Positions 1 through 11,941 of a stretch of DNA of 64,000 bases are shown piece after piece (position 1 is the first letter of the stretch; every line of letters begins with the position of its first letter). The position numbers and the translations under genes were made by a program. The notes below the pieces were generated by a model that was not told the DNA's origin, ran no database searches, and saw nothing but the letters and a program-made list of their open reading frames with translations. The DNA comes from Octopus vulgaris (Eukaryota): positions 65,658,001 through 65,722,000 of the forward strand of contig OX597816.1 in assembly GCA_951406725.2 (NCBI GenBank), read 5' to 3'.

Positions 1-1360
1 AACATCAAATATGTTCTGCCAATCGTATCTGTTAAATCAGCACTTATATATGTTGGCGTAATTGGGGTTCATTTTAGTGCCCATAGCAACCCCACTGAAT
101 TACTTGTAAGACTCATCAAAGAAGACGCAAATGAGAACGCGGTTGGTTTCAGCGAGATGGAAGAGGATGGCCCTCCTAAGTAAAATGTGTGTATGACAGT
201 CTAAGAAGTGTTTAAGGAGTAAGATATGATCGATGTTGGGGATGATTACGTAGTGATTCAACGTCCAAGAAGAAGAGAAATATTTTAGAGTATCAAGGAA
301 ATGAGCACGAGTTGAAAGTGTTTACGATGTGATATCAAAGCGTAAACAACGGAATGACCAAAATTTGTCGAGTTACCCAATGGAGCAGTTTTCTTTTATC
401 TTTTAGTTAGGAGGAAAAGACAGCAACCATGACTCGTTATGAGGCCTCTTCTTCTGGATGTCGTAAAATTCCAATGGGGTAATGTTTAATTTATGCCACT
501 TGTAAAAATTAAGAGATTTAAATCAAAATGGTACTTTTTGGCAAATAGTTCAATCGGATTTTGTAGTACCAGATTGGTCGTCGCCTTGCTATAGTGATGT
601 CTTTTGACATTGGTAAAGTCCTCTGTCGTCGTGGTTTCAACTTTCTGAAATTAAAGAAGTCCTTTAGATAGGTTCGACAAAGGCCGAACTCAGGACATGG
701 TGAACTCGCTTAACTTCCCTTGGATAGATGATAAAGTTGAAGCTTCTATTAAGGGTGGGGGTCGCTCAGGGTCCGAGCGAAGTAGATACATTGCGATTGT
801 GATCGCAGCAGATAAGAGGATGTTAAGTGTGGATGAAGTAAAAGGCTGAAAAATGAGCAGAAGATTGGGGTCGTAGATAGTTTTTGAGGTAGCGATTTTA
901 TGTTCATCAGTTGAGTAGACTCTATCTCTATTTTTGAAAGGGTTGTTGGTGGAGCAATGGGAGACAGTAGACTGTGTGGCAGGATGTTACGGCAAAGATC
1001 GTCCAACAAGTTGTGCGTAGCTGCAGAAAAAGTCTTTTTGTTTTGAAGAGTAAAATATTATCGATTAGGCATGGTTGTGGTATCTGGTTTGCAGAATATG
1101 GTAAGTAACAGGTTTTTAAAAAAAAGGTAGAATAAAAGAAAATTCGTGATCGTCTTTCGTTGGCAAAGATTGCTTTTGTTGGTAAAGTATTAATTTTTTT
1201 AAGTTTGTGTGATGCTGGGAGAAGAATTTCATCACGTTTCGGATCGAGTCGTTTGCTGGAGGAAGAGAAAAGTTGCTCACGTCTCTCGTCTATCAAAGAA
1301 TAATTCTTTCTCATTTTAGTACAAGGCCAGCAATTTTGAGGAAATAGAGAAATCGATTGC
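1..1360 (-). mobile_element. Degraded Penelope-like retroelement (RT region, probably Neptune-type); runs off the window start
   Basis: Manual minus-strand translation gives SGVAMGTKMNPNYANIY near 40-100 (PLE RT motif G.AMG..M.P.YAN) and FFLDVESL near 255-280 (PLE motif DV.SLYT). Many stops and frameshifts. Confidence 0.75.
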
Positions 1361-1608
1361 ATCGACGCCAGTGCTCGACTAGTATTTATTTTAACAACCC
1401 TGAAGGAATAAAAGGCGAAGTCGACTTCGTTGACATTTGAGCTCAGAAATGTGCGGTAACGATTCTGCCGTTTGTTAAGAAAAATCAGTCAAAAACAAAA
1501 TGCACATACATGTACATACATGTGCATATATAGATGCACGTATCTAAGCACCTTAAAGATATTTGTTCGCAATTATTTAACCGGCTTCAGAATTTTAATT
1601 GACAAGAA

Positions 1609-1951
1609 TAATGGTTCTCAACCGGGGTTCATTTGACCCTGGGAATCCATGTATGACTTTTGGGGGTCCACGCAAGCAAAATAATAAATCAGGGATACAC
1701 AGTAGTATTTTAAGGGTCCATTAAAAAAAATTTTACTTTGTACATATTTATTGGAAGAAACGGTTAGGCTTCTTCCTCTAATGTTTTACACAGTTCGACC
1801 TGCACAAGTCAATGTGTGAATAAGAAAATATGAATTTTGAAAGAAACATCTATGTAACTAGTTTTTAAACATTGAATGGCTTTGGAGTCCATTAGAATAG
1901 AATAGCAATCAAAAGGGTTCCTAGATAAAAAAAAATGGTTGAAAACCACTG
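1609..1951. mobile_element. hAT-like MITE
   Basis: Ends TAATGGTTCTCAACC...GGTTGAAAACCACTG are degenerate CAGTGGTTCTCAACC TIRs. A related copy lies at 29407-30378. Confidence 0.65.
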
Positions 1952-2460
1952 CTATAGAACATCACCAACCATTCTTTAGGTTAATAACTAATACAGATCT
2001 TTGGAGAATCCACAAAGAAATTATCGGCTACATAAGTATTGCTTTCTGTTGTAACCATAAACATCTTATTTGTGGGAAAAGAAATTACAACTGTTTACTG
2101 TCAAAATAAACATAAGTAGAGGTTTCCTCTTGAAATATTTATAACGTCAGACATAATTGTCTCAGATTCAGTTACATGTGTTAGAAGTGATGACCAGGTC
2201 TTTGTAGGCCTTTTAATGCCAGCAACAAAGGTGGTAGCTTGTTTTAAAAAGAGCAGTGATTTCACTAGCCATAAGGGAGACGGAGAAACTGTATCAAGTT
2301 TTCTGCGGTAATTTCTTACTTGACAAGACACAAAATAAGCAAACACAAGCATTTCAAGATGTTCCGACAACCACTTCTTTCCAGATGCTTCTCGTCAGTC
2401 ACTCTTTTAAACTTGTAATGAGTTAGCTTACCTAAAGTTTATATCTATTAATTTTTTAAC

Positions 2461-2684
2461 TTTTACTTGTTTCTGTCATTAGACAGTGGCTATGCTGGGG
2501 CACCGTCATGGAGAACTTTTAGTTGTATGCATAAACCCAGAACATACCATTTCTTTTAACCTTCGTACTTATTCTATCGGTCTCTTTTGCTGAACCGCTA
2601 AGTTACGGGAACGTAAGCACACTAACATCGGTTGTCAAGCGATGGTGGGGGAACAAACACTGTCATACGCGCGCGCACGCACAT

Positions 2685-2733
<49 letters not shown>

Positions 2734-2890
2734 CGACGTGCTTCTTTCAGTTTCCGTCTACTAAATCCACTCACAAGGCTTTGGTCGGCCCGAGGCTATA
2801 GTAGAAGATACTTGCCTAAGGTGCCACGCAGCGAGATTGAACCTGGAACCTTGTGGTTAGTAAGCAAGCTACTTATCACACAGCCATGCC
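2461..2890 (-). mobile_element. tRNA-derived SINE family A (bipartite, central CA/TA tract)
   Basis: Reverse complement of the consensus seen at 10087-10475, 42729-43165 and 49834-50240. Confidence 0.85.
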
Positions 2891-3088
2891 ATCCGTTGGA
2901 TATAAAAGTTCTAAAATTTACCAAGTAAATTCATTCTGAGTGAATGGTAAAACGGCAATAAGTTCTGGCTTCTATTTTCAGTTTAAGCATTATAATTTAC
3001 AGCACAATTAAACTTTATTAAAAATATATAAGCGTCACAATTTAACATTTCGCCGCTGTAAAAGTCTTGAGCATTATAATTGCTACAG

Positions 3089-3634
3089 TAAGGTGGTGAG
3101 CTGGTGAAATCGTTACAGCGCCGGACGAAATGCTTTGCGGTATTTCGTCTGCCGCTACGTTCTGAGTTCAAATTCCGCCGAGGTCGACTTTGCCTTTCAT
3201 CCTTTCGGGTTCGATTAAATAAGTACCAATTACGCACTGGGGTCCATATAATCGACTTAATCCGTTTGTCTGTCCTTGTTTGTCCCTTCAGTGTTTAGCC
3301 CCTTGTGGGTAGTAAAGAAATAGGTATTTCGTCTGCCCCTACGTCCTGAGTTCAAATTCCGCCGAGGTCGACTTTGCCTTTCATCCTTTCAGTTACGCAC
3401 TGGGGTTCGATATAATCGACTTAATCCGTTTGTTTCCTCTGTGTTTAGCCCCTTGTGGGTAGTAAAGAAATAGAAATATGTATTTCGTCTGTCTTTAGGT
3501 TCTAAGTTCAAATACCACTGAAGTCGACTTTACCTTCCATCTTTTCGGGGGTCGATGAAGTTTCATGATTTCAATGAAATCGACTTAGCCACTCGCCACA
3601 AATTTCAGGACTTCTGCCTATAACGGAAAGGATC
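3089..3634 (+). mobile_element. SINE family B, internally triplicated
   Basis: Three copies of GTTCAAATTCCGCCGAGGTCGACTTTGCCTTTCATCC, flanked by the direct repeat ATAATTGCTACAG (about 3076 and 3635), a probable TSD. Confidence 0.8.
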
Positions 3635-3649
3635 ATAATTGCTACAGAG

Positions 3650-4730
3650 CGTTAAAGCTATGGGAGATAAATAGCTAACTCCATTCACCAAAGTATCAAG
3701 GTAACTATAGATTACCCCACTAAGAACCCAAACAATTAAGAATACTCCCTGTACTTGATACTGAACTTTGGTTAGAGACTGTGAACAATAGAGTGCAGCT
3801 CCTCCACTCTTATTAACATGAAACCTGTAACTTCAAAATATGTTGTTCACAAGAACTCAGCTTTGTCACACAACATGAAAATTAACATACTAATAGCAGA
3901 CCTAGTTAGAATAATGAACAATGTGTCCCCACTATGCGAACGCTGTGAAATGAAGAAACATATACAGAACTTCATACACCGCATGAAGTTCTCTGGGTAT
4001 GATCAGAAAGATAGGGTTCGTGTATACAGGGGGGGTTAGAAAGAAATTAGATTATACGTAATGATGCCATTATACGTAATGATACCAGTGGTACCTGCCC
4101 TAGATATAGAAACAAAGAATGGAATAGAATACAAAGAGCTTGTGACAAAGCAAACAGGGCGAACACGTGGTATAAAACCGACAAATATCAAGGAGTGATG
4201 TTTGTGGAGGCCACAGTCCATGGAAAATTAGCCCGTAGATTTAGAAAAGCTCTGAAGGAGACCAAACTCAACATTAAAATTGTTGAAAAGCCAGGGAACT
4301 CCGTCAGATCACAACTATGTAGGACGTACCCGTTTAAGAATACCATATGCACCAATGATAACTGCATGGTATGTAGAATTAGCCCTGGTATTAACTGTTG
4401 AACTCGAAATGTAGTTTACAGCATAAGATGCATAGAAGGTGCTTGTAAGGACATGAACATAATGTACATAGAGGAGACGTCTAGGAGCATTGCGGAACGG
4501 ATAAATGAACATCTAAGACAATATGATGACAGAAAACAGTCCTCCATACTCTACCAACATGCCAAAGACCACCATGGAGGTAACTTGGGTCAACTTGACA
4601 TCTGCATCTTATCCAAGTACCCAAAAGACCCAACACTCAGACAAATACGGGTGTACGTCCTTATAAATGAAACTTCCCCAATATTAAATAGGAAATATGC
4701 ACAATAAATACCATACCTCCATACCCACAG
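3650..4730 (+). mobile_element. 5'-truncated Penelope-like retroelement with C-terminal GIY-YIG endonuclease (Naiad-like)
   Basis: Frameshifted ORFs: MKPVTSKYVVHKNSALSHNMKINILIADLVR (RT C-terminal region), WYKTDKYQGVMFVEAT, then CMVC..NC*TRNVVYSIRC..C..YIEETSRSIAERINEH (Zn knuckle plus GIY-YIG). The clade call is inference. Confidence 0.8.
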
Positions 4731-4779
4731 TTTACACAGGTAGAGTAGAATAGTTAGTAGACTGTTAGGTAGATAAATG

Positions 4780-5220
4780 TATGTATGTGGGTGTGAGTGT
4801 GTGTATGCCTTTTTTTAACCATTATTTTTTTGTTTCTTTTTTGTTAGGTATATAGACTATATAAACAGACACATATGGAGACACGGATCCACACATATAA
4901 AGATGCACATCCATACATACAAACATGGTACATAGTTACATAATACAGACACACAGATATGCACACACAAGGAGACAGAGGTGCATACATATACAAACAC
5001 ATGCTCACACACACATACATAGAAAATACACAAACACGGACAGGCAAGCACATAAATACGCAGGATGCGTACATACAGATGCACACACACACATACATAT
5101 GCATATACACACATATATACATACATACACATGCAAACACACATACATACGTACATGTATGTATGTATAGGCACACACACACACACACACTGACCCACAC
5201 ACATGCGCACAAACAAACAA
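4780..5220. repeat. Degenerate CA/TA-rich low-complexity tract
   Basis: Imperfect (CA)n/(CATA)n; it generates the spurious HT/CV ORFs. Confidence 0.9.
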
Positions 5221-5291
5221 AAGGGAACGCAGTGTAAATAACGGACAGAGTCAAGACTATTGGAAAGGTTGCAAGACGCAACGAAAATTTT

Positions 5292-5784
5292 AGAAAATAA
5301 AATAAGAAATAAGTGGAAATTTTACAGGTGAGTGTGTTAAATAATAAGGCACTAAAAGAGAATGACTCTCCCCAGACACAACAGAATATGCTTCAACACA
5401 CGAACTCATATAAAGAATCTTGCAAACCAAATCCAAAAACGTGATATGGGAGATAACTTTACCTGATATTAATTAATTAAAGGGAATTACTTCCCTTTAC
5501 TCGTATTATTTCCCTTCGTTACATTATCGCTTGGGCTAATACGATAGTCACCTTGATAAACAGGAAAATTCGGGTGATTTCTTGTTCCTACACACCTTTA
5601 ATATTTTAATGATGATAATATTAATAATAATTTTGTTTTTGGATTTGGTTTGCAAGATTCTTTATATGAGTTCGTATGTTGAAGCATGTTCTGTTGTGTC
5701 TGGAGAGAGTCATTTTCTTTTTGTGCCTTATCATTTAACACACACACCGGTAAAATTTCCACTTATTTCTTATTTTCATTTTCT
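5292..5784. repeat. Fold-back: ~150-bp inverted arms around a ~195-bp spacer
   Basis: 5292-5440 is the reverse complement of 5635-5784 with scattered mismatches. Confidence 0.9.
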
Positions 5785-6035
5785 TATAGGACACAATAGA
5801 TGATAATATTAATTATTGTTATTATTTATTTATTTATTCATTGGCCCAAAGAAATAAGTGTACCTAGGTACGCTAGCGAACACCATCATTTTGATAATGT
5901 ACGTTTATAAACGAGAGACAAATGACAAATAAACGAAATATAATGAGCAATTTTTAAAAAAACACGCATACGTAACTCTTTCACTCTTTCTCCTTTTTCC
6001 TTTCTTCTTCCCCTCTCTGGATGATGGATGGATGG

Positions 6036-6467
6036 AGCGCTGGATTAACCATTAAGCAAGATAAGCACGTACTTAGAATATAAAAGGAAGGAGAAGGACA
6101 CCACAGAAATGGTAAATGGTTTATGGCACAAAAAAAAAATCACTTTAAACTTACTAAAATAATATTTGGGATGCCTTTATCTCTATTAAGTATAAGATGC
6201 AGATGCATTACCTAAGATTAATTTTCAGGATCTGATCAAAGACTTTGCAATTCAAAAAAGTAGGAGGAAACTTTTCAAATCTAAATAAAGTGGGAGTATA
6301 CAAAAGTAAACATTATTTTCCCTCTTATTGTTTTGTTTCGTTTTGAAAAATAAAAATGTATTTTATGGTTGTTTGTCATTGTTTATTCTTTGAATTACAT
6401 AATCTTTTATGGGGGCACCAAAATCTTTTTTAAGTGCCTAGGGTCTCGGTAGTCCTAATTCAGCCCA
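6036..6467 (+). mobile_element. Internally deleted hAT element inside a (GGAT)n tract
   Basis: Ends GCGCTGGATTAA...TAATTCAGCCC. The internal remnant translates to LPKINFQDLIKDFAIQKSRRKLF, which resembles the hAT transposase C-terminus. Confidence 0.6.
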
Positions 6468-6700
6468 GACTGGCTAGATGGATGGACGGATCATCTTTTA
6501 TCTTTTGTTTCAGATAATTAGACAGCGACCATGCTGTGGCACTGCTTGGAAGAACTTTTAGTTGAATTACTTTTTTTTAACTGGTTACTTATTCTATCGA
6601 TCTCATTTGTCAAACAGCAAAGTTACAGGGATTTAAACACACCACCATCAATTGTCAAGCAGTGGTGGGAGACAAACATAGACACAGACACACACACATA

Positions 6701-6750
<50 letters not shown>

Positions 6751-6757
<7 letters not shown>

Positions 6758-7086
6758 ATATATTTGGAATGGTCATTGCCAGTTTAGCCAATAAAAACAC
6801 ATGCACTATATATTTGGTGTTATTTTGCTTCAGTGTTATTTATTTTTTACATTAATCTTAATCTTATTTCGGCCAGAGTTCTTTTGTCACACTCCTGTGA
6901 CCGCATCAGTGGTCCTTTGTTTTCTTCTTTCTTATTCACAGGAGTGTGACGAAAGAACTCTGGCTGAAATAAGATTAAGATTAATGTAAAAAAGAGATAA
7001 CACTGAAGCAAAATAACACCAAATATATAGTGCGTGTGTTTTTATTGGCTAAACTGGCAATATGACCATTCCGAAATATAACAATA
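6751..7086. repeat. Fold-back element (150-bp arms, 35-nt loop) with a hammerhead-like motif, inside the (TA)n tract of a SINE A
   Basis: 6751-6900 pairs with 6936-7086. The minus strand reads CCA-CTGATGC-GGTCAC-AGGAGT-GTGAC-AAAA-GAACTC-TGG; the other arm has GAAA at the AAAA position. Confidence 0.85.
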
Positions 7087-7135
7087 TCTGTTTCAACACA
7101 TGACTTTACATAAAAGTTCTTGCACAACAAATATT

Positions 7136-7169
<34 letters not shown>

Positions 7170-7262
7170 CCATGGGCTTCTTTCGGTTTCCCTCTGCCAA
7201 ATCTATTCACAAGGCTTTGGTTAACCTAAGGCTATAGCAGAAGACACTTGCCAAAGGTGCTG

Positions 7263-7636
7263 TTGCTGTTGAGCGAACGGTCTTCGTCTCAGAGCTCGCA
7301 AGATGGGAGAAGTCCGAAACGTAGTCCTTTGCTATTCGTAAGACCCGCAGAAGAGAAAGGAGGTCAACCCCCGACACCGAAAGCATCGACAGATGGATGA
7401 ATGCGCATCCAGGCTCAGTGGTTGCGTAAGAAGTCAGGGACAAGAAACAGGAAGAAAGAATGAGAAAAAGTTGGAGCGAAAGAGTACAACAGGGGCTGCC
7501 ACCACCCCCATCCAGAGCCTCGTGGAGCTTTAGGTGTTTTCGCTCAATAAACACACACAACGCTCAGTCTGGGAATTGAAACCACAATCCTCCGACTGCG
7601 AGTCTGCTGCCCTCACCATTGGGCCATTGCGCCTCC
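7263..7636 (-). mobile_element. tRNA-derived SINE family C nested in a SINE A
   Basis: Head GGAGGCGCAATGGCCC on the minus strand; 17-bp TSD ACTTGCCAAAGGTGCTG; same tail as the copy at 38754-39120. Confidence 0.85.
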
Positions 7637-7734
7637 ACTTGCCAAAGGTGCTGCCCAGTAGGACTGAACTCAGAACCATGTGGTTGGAAACGCAAGCTTC
7701 TCAGCACACATCCATGCCTGCACTTATATTTTCT

Positions 7735-8370
7735 ATCTTTTACTTGTTTCAGTCATTAGACTGAGGCCATGCTGGAGCACCGCGTTGAAGAATTTTTAGT
7801 CAAATGAATTGACCCCAGTACTTGTTTTCTAAACCTGGTACTTATTCTATTGGTCTCTTTTGTCAAACCACTAAGTCACAGGGACGTAAACACACCAACA
7901 CCGGTTGTCAAGTGATAATGTGTGGGGGACAAACACAGACACACACACAGATATATATACATATGCATACGACCAGCTTCTTTTAGTTTCCACATACCAA
8001 ATCCATTCATAAAGCTTTGGTTGGCTACAGTAGAAGACACTTGCCCAAGGTGCCATGCAGTGAGACTGAACCCAGAACCATGTGGTTGGGAAGCAAGCTT
8101 CTTATTTCTTTATTGCCCACAAGGAGCTAAACATAGAGGGGACAGACAAAGGGATTAAGTTAAATACATCGACCCCAGTGTGTAACTGGTACTTATTTAA
8201 TCGACCCCGAAAGGATGAAAGGCCAAGTCGACCTCAGCGGATTTTGAACTCAGAACGTAGCGGCAGATGAAATACCACTAAGCATTTTGTGCGGCATGCT
8301 AATGTTTCTGCCAGCTTGCTGCCTTTCTCTTCTAATAATAGATCTAGCGTCTTACCACACAGCCACTCTT
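7735..8370 (-). mobile_element. SINE A with a nested SINE B (about 8101-8325)
   Basis: Consensus blocks of both families; the SINE A head resumes at about 8350. Confidence 0.8.
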
Positions 8371-8584
8371 GTGTGTGTAAAACTAACAAAGAGCAAGGTT
8401 CTTTTCTTTCTTTAAATCGACACAGCTCTTATAGTTTGTGTTTATGTGGATCTGTTGATGTATGCATATATGTGCACACATTGTGTGTGTGGAGAAACTT
8501 TCACTTCTGGTAGTGTGTGCCATGATAGAACACAAGTATATATACCATTATTGTTTATGTGAATGTGTTCATTTGTAACACATG

Positions 8585-8815
8585 AGCGAGGTCATTGCCA
8601 GTACCGCCTGACTGGCCCCATGCCGGTGGGACGTAAAAAGCACCCACTACACTCTCGGAGTGGTTGGCGATAGGAAGGGCATCCAGCTGTAGAAACTCTG
8701 CCAGATCAAGATGGAGCCTGGTGTGGCCGTCTGGTTCGCCAGCCCTCAGTCAAAATCGTCCAACCCATGCTAGCATGGAAGGCGGACGTTAAACGATGAT
8801 GATGATGATATGATG
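8585..8815 (+). mobile_element. SINE/LINE-tail family D ending in (GAT)n
   Basis: AGGAAGGGCATCCAGCTGTAGAAAC...CCAACCCATGCTAGCATGGAA.GCGGACGTTAAACG(ATG)n. Other copies at about 12046-12600(-), 15440-15590(-), 15650-16010(+), 33208-33355(+), 37696-38025(+) and 59590-59714(-). Confidence 0.85.
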
Positions 8816-8897
8816 ATGTTTATACATGATTGCAAGCATATGTTCTGCCAGAATGTTCAAATGGAAACTCATTGAAATGTTCTACAAATTTTCTCAG

Positions 8898-8930
8898 ATC
8901 AATTGTATCATTCCACATTCTAAAACACAG
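8898..8930 (+). other. Candidate 33-nt exon
   Basis: ttttctcAG|ATCAATTGTATCATTCCACATTCTAAAACACAG|GTAAGT; perfect donor in apparently unique sequence. Confidence 0.3.
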
Positions 8931-9892
8931 GTAAGTCACTTAAAAAATTTAAAAAAACACAGAAATATGACCCTGCAATGTAGCTTTTATCTTATCTATA
9001 AGCAGTTCCCAAAAACTAAAATACATACAAACATGTACGTTGAGAGACTCCCTAGTAGCTTCACCAATCTGCAGCCTTGGGCTGGCACTCATATTATCAA
9101 GCCCCAAAAAAAGGATGAAATGCAAAGCTGACTTCAGCAAGTTCACTTCAGTACACTCAGACTGTGAACAAACACCACAAGATATTTCATCCAAATTCTT
9201 TATTGGCTTAGCCAATTCATCGCTTCATCATCATCATCATCATCATCACCATCATCATCACCATCATCATCATCATTATCCTCGTCATCATCATGACTTA
9301 AAATCCGTCTTTCCATGCATGCATATGTCAGACTGAATTTGTGAAGTCAGACTTCCTATGGCTGAATGCCTTTCCTGTCACCAACCTTCACCCATTTCTA
9401 AGCAAGATAATATTTCCTCGTTGCCCCAGTTTTGCTTGTATGATGATGATCATAATGCTCATTTACAACCATCGCATGAAGTCAAAACAGGGTACACACG
9501 TGTGTGTGTGTGTGTGTGCATGTGTGTTTGTGTCCATGTGTGTGTTTGTGTCCGTGTGTGTGCGCGCGCACATGTGTGTTTGAAGGTATATGGCCCAGCA
9601 GTTACGGCATTACATTCATAATTACAATATCATAGCATCGATTTCTAAACTAGTAGTGCATTCTCTTCTTGAGCAAGACACTTCATTTCACATTGCTCCA
9701 GTTCACTCAGCTATAAATGAATAACTCTGCAACTGACTGGCATCCCATTTAGGGTGAGTGTTTGCCTGCTCTCCTTGCCAGTGCGGTGGAAATTGTTCAA
9801 AAGCTACACCAATGTGAGGAACTACATTATGACCCAATGTGTATAACAATATCTAATGGTTTGATCAATACAGTGATTTCATATACACACAT

Positions 9893-10071
<179 letters not shown>

Positions 10072-10086
10072 TATATGTATATAATA

Positions 10087-10475
10087 GGTGCAGGAGTGGC
10101 TGTGTGGTAAGTAGCTTGTTTACCAACCACATGGTTACGGGTTCAGTCCCACTGCGTGGCACCTTGGGCAAGTGTCTTCTACTATAGCCTCGGACTGACC
10201 AAAGCCTTGTGAGTGGATTTGGTATATGGAAACTGAAAGAAGCCCGTCGTATATATGTATATATATGTATGTGTGTGTGTCTGTGTTTGTCCCCCTAGCA
10301 TTGCTTGACAACCGATGCTGGTGTGTTTATGTCCCCGTCACTTAGCGGTTCGGCAAAACAGACCAATAGAATAAGTACTGGGCTTACAAAGAATAAGTGC
10401 CGGGGTCGAGTTGCTCGATTAAAGGCGGTGCTCCAGCATGGCCGCAGTCAAGTGACTGAAACAAGTAAAAGAGAG
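10087..10475 (+). mobile_element. Full-length SINE family A
   Basis: tRNA-like head with A box (TGGCTGTGTGG) and B box (GGTTCAGTCC), central TA/GT tract, tail ending GAAACAAGTAAAAGAG. Further copies or fragments at about 17895-18254, 20285-20640, 28402-28752, 29445-30085, 34620-34835, 51125-51526 and 62135-62630. Confidence 0.9.
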
Positions 10476-10753
10476 AGAGTATATATATATATATATATTA
10501 TTCGAAATGTATAGTATTAAATATCCATATATATATATCATCATCATCAACGTTTAACGTCCGTTTTCCATGCTAGCATGGGTTAGTAGAAATATGTTAC
10601 GAAAAGAAAATATAAAATAGACGTGGGAATGTAAGGGTAAAATATAAAAAATCAACGAAAATGCATATTGCAGATAGAAAAAGGCTATTTATGACAGGTA
10701 GTGACAAATATATACATTTAGATTGACTGAGGTAGTAATATGAGTCATAAAGG

Positions 10754-10818
<65 letters not shown>

Positions 10819-10857
10819 CATACATCATCATCATCATCATCATCATCGTTTAGCGTC

Positions 10858-10894
<37 letters not shown>

Positions 10895-10897
10895 AAT

Positions 10898-10942
<45 letters not shown>

Positions 10943-10948
<6 letters not shown>

Positions 10949-11600
10949 GAAGGTTTGGGGATGATGTACAGGTATCATATATTAGACAAAATAAGGTACT
11001 CAGAAATCTGGATGGTTTTATAATTACAGATTTTTATTAATATGTCACTTGTTTTTATGAATCATATATTAGCGCTTGCAGCCACTCTAGTGGATTCTTC
11101 AGACTGAATTTTTTGCAGGAGATTTGTCCCTTTTTATAGATATATATGTATGTATGTATATATATATATATTTGTAAAAAATGAAGTTCGAAAATGCTGC
11201 TATATTATACAATTTTTAATTTTTATATATACATTATAACATGTTTCAGTTCCTGAAATGAACCTTATCAAAAAAAGTTATATATAAAAAAAGACAGCTC
11301 ATGCCGTCAAACACAAGCAATTCATTTACAATACACAACGGAGTCAGACATCTTAAAGTTCAAATATAGTTTGAAGTAAGTTCATTCATGCTATATGTTC
11401 AAAGTGTTCGATGCAGTGGCCCACGGTGGCGATACGTATTCAATACAAAAAACAGATCAAAGTGGTGGAAAGCAGTCAATACAGAAGATTGATGTTCCCG
11501 AAAGAGCGAGGAATTCATTTTTACCTTGAGCAATTGTGATGACCCATGGTGGGCGTTCGCTGGGTGTATGTATATATAAATTATGTATAAATTTGATAAA
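10943..11600 (-). mobile_element. Two short (TA)n-embedded elements, each with a degenerate hammerhead-like core (probable Penelope-like terminal repeats)
   Basis: Minus strand CTGAAGA-ATCCAC-TAGA-GTGGCT-GCAA-GCGC-TA (11069-11102) and TTGATAA-GGTTC-ATTTCAG-GAACT-GAAA-CATG-TT (11238-11272). Confidence 0.5.
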
Positions 11601-11941
11601 TTATGTATATATATATATATATACACATACATTAAAAGGCAGTAGAAATTAGCAATATAGATAATTTATCAGATTTTAACATCTAAACAGATGAGTTCAT
11701 GGAATTCAGAAGTCATCATATTGTTGTTGTTTAACCTTCAAATCAGTTCTGATTGAGTAGACGTTTGATTAAATACACTGAAACCATAACCATCCCTGTT
11801 TAACTCCCATTATCGGGTAACTAAAATTATAGTATCCAATATGCTTTTTCGTCTGCTTTTTGTTTTTGTTTTCTTTCTTTTGTTTTGTTTTGTTTTTTAT
11901 GTAAGGATTGTTTTATGAGCGTTTTTAATGTCCATATAGAG

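Noticed and set aside
2420-2450. Minus-strand TTTAG|GTAAG as a recursive splice site
   Set aside because: Poor pyrimidine tract and no supporting minus-strand gene.
4398-4402. In-frame TGA in the Naiad-like Zn-knuckle region as possible selenocysteine (known in some Naiads)
   Set aside because: It follows an intact Cys codon and fits CGA-to-TGA decay. The element has other disabling mutations and I see no SECIS.
10087-10165. tRNA-like sequences with A and B boxes
   Set aside because: They are SINE heads continuing into SINE bodies; no complete cloverleaf or acceptor stem.
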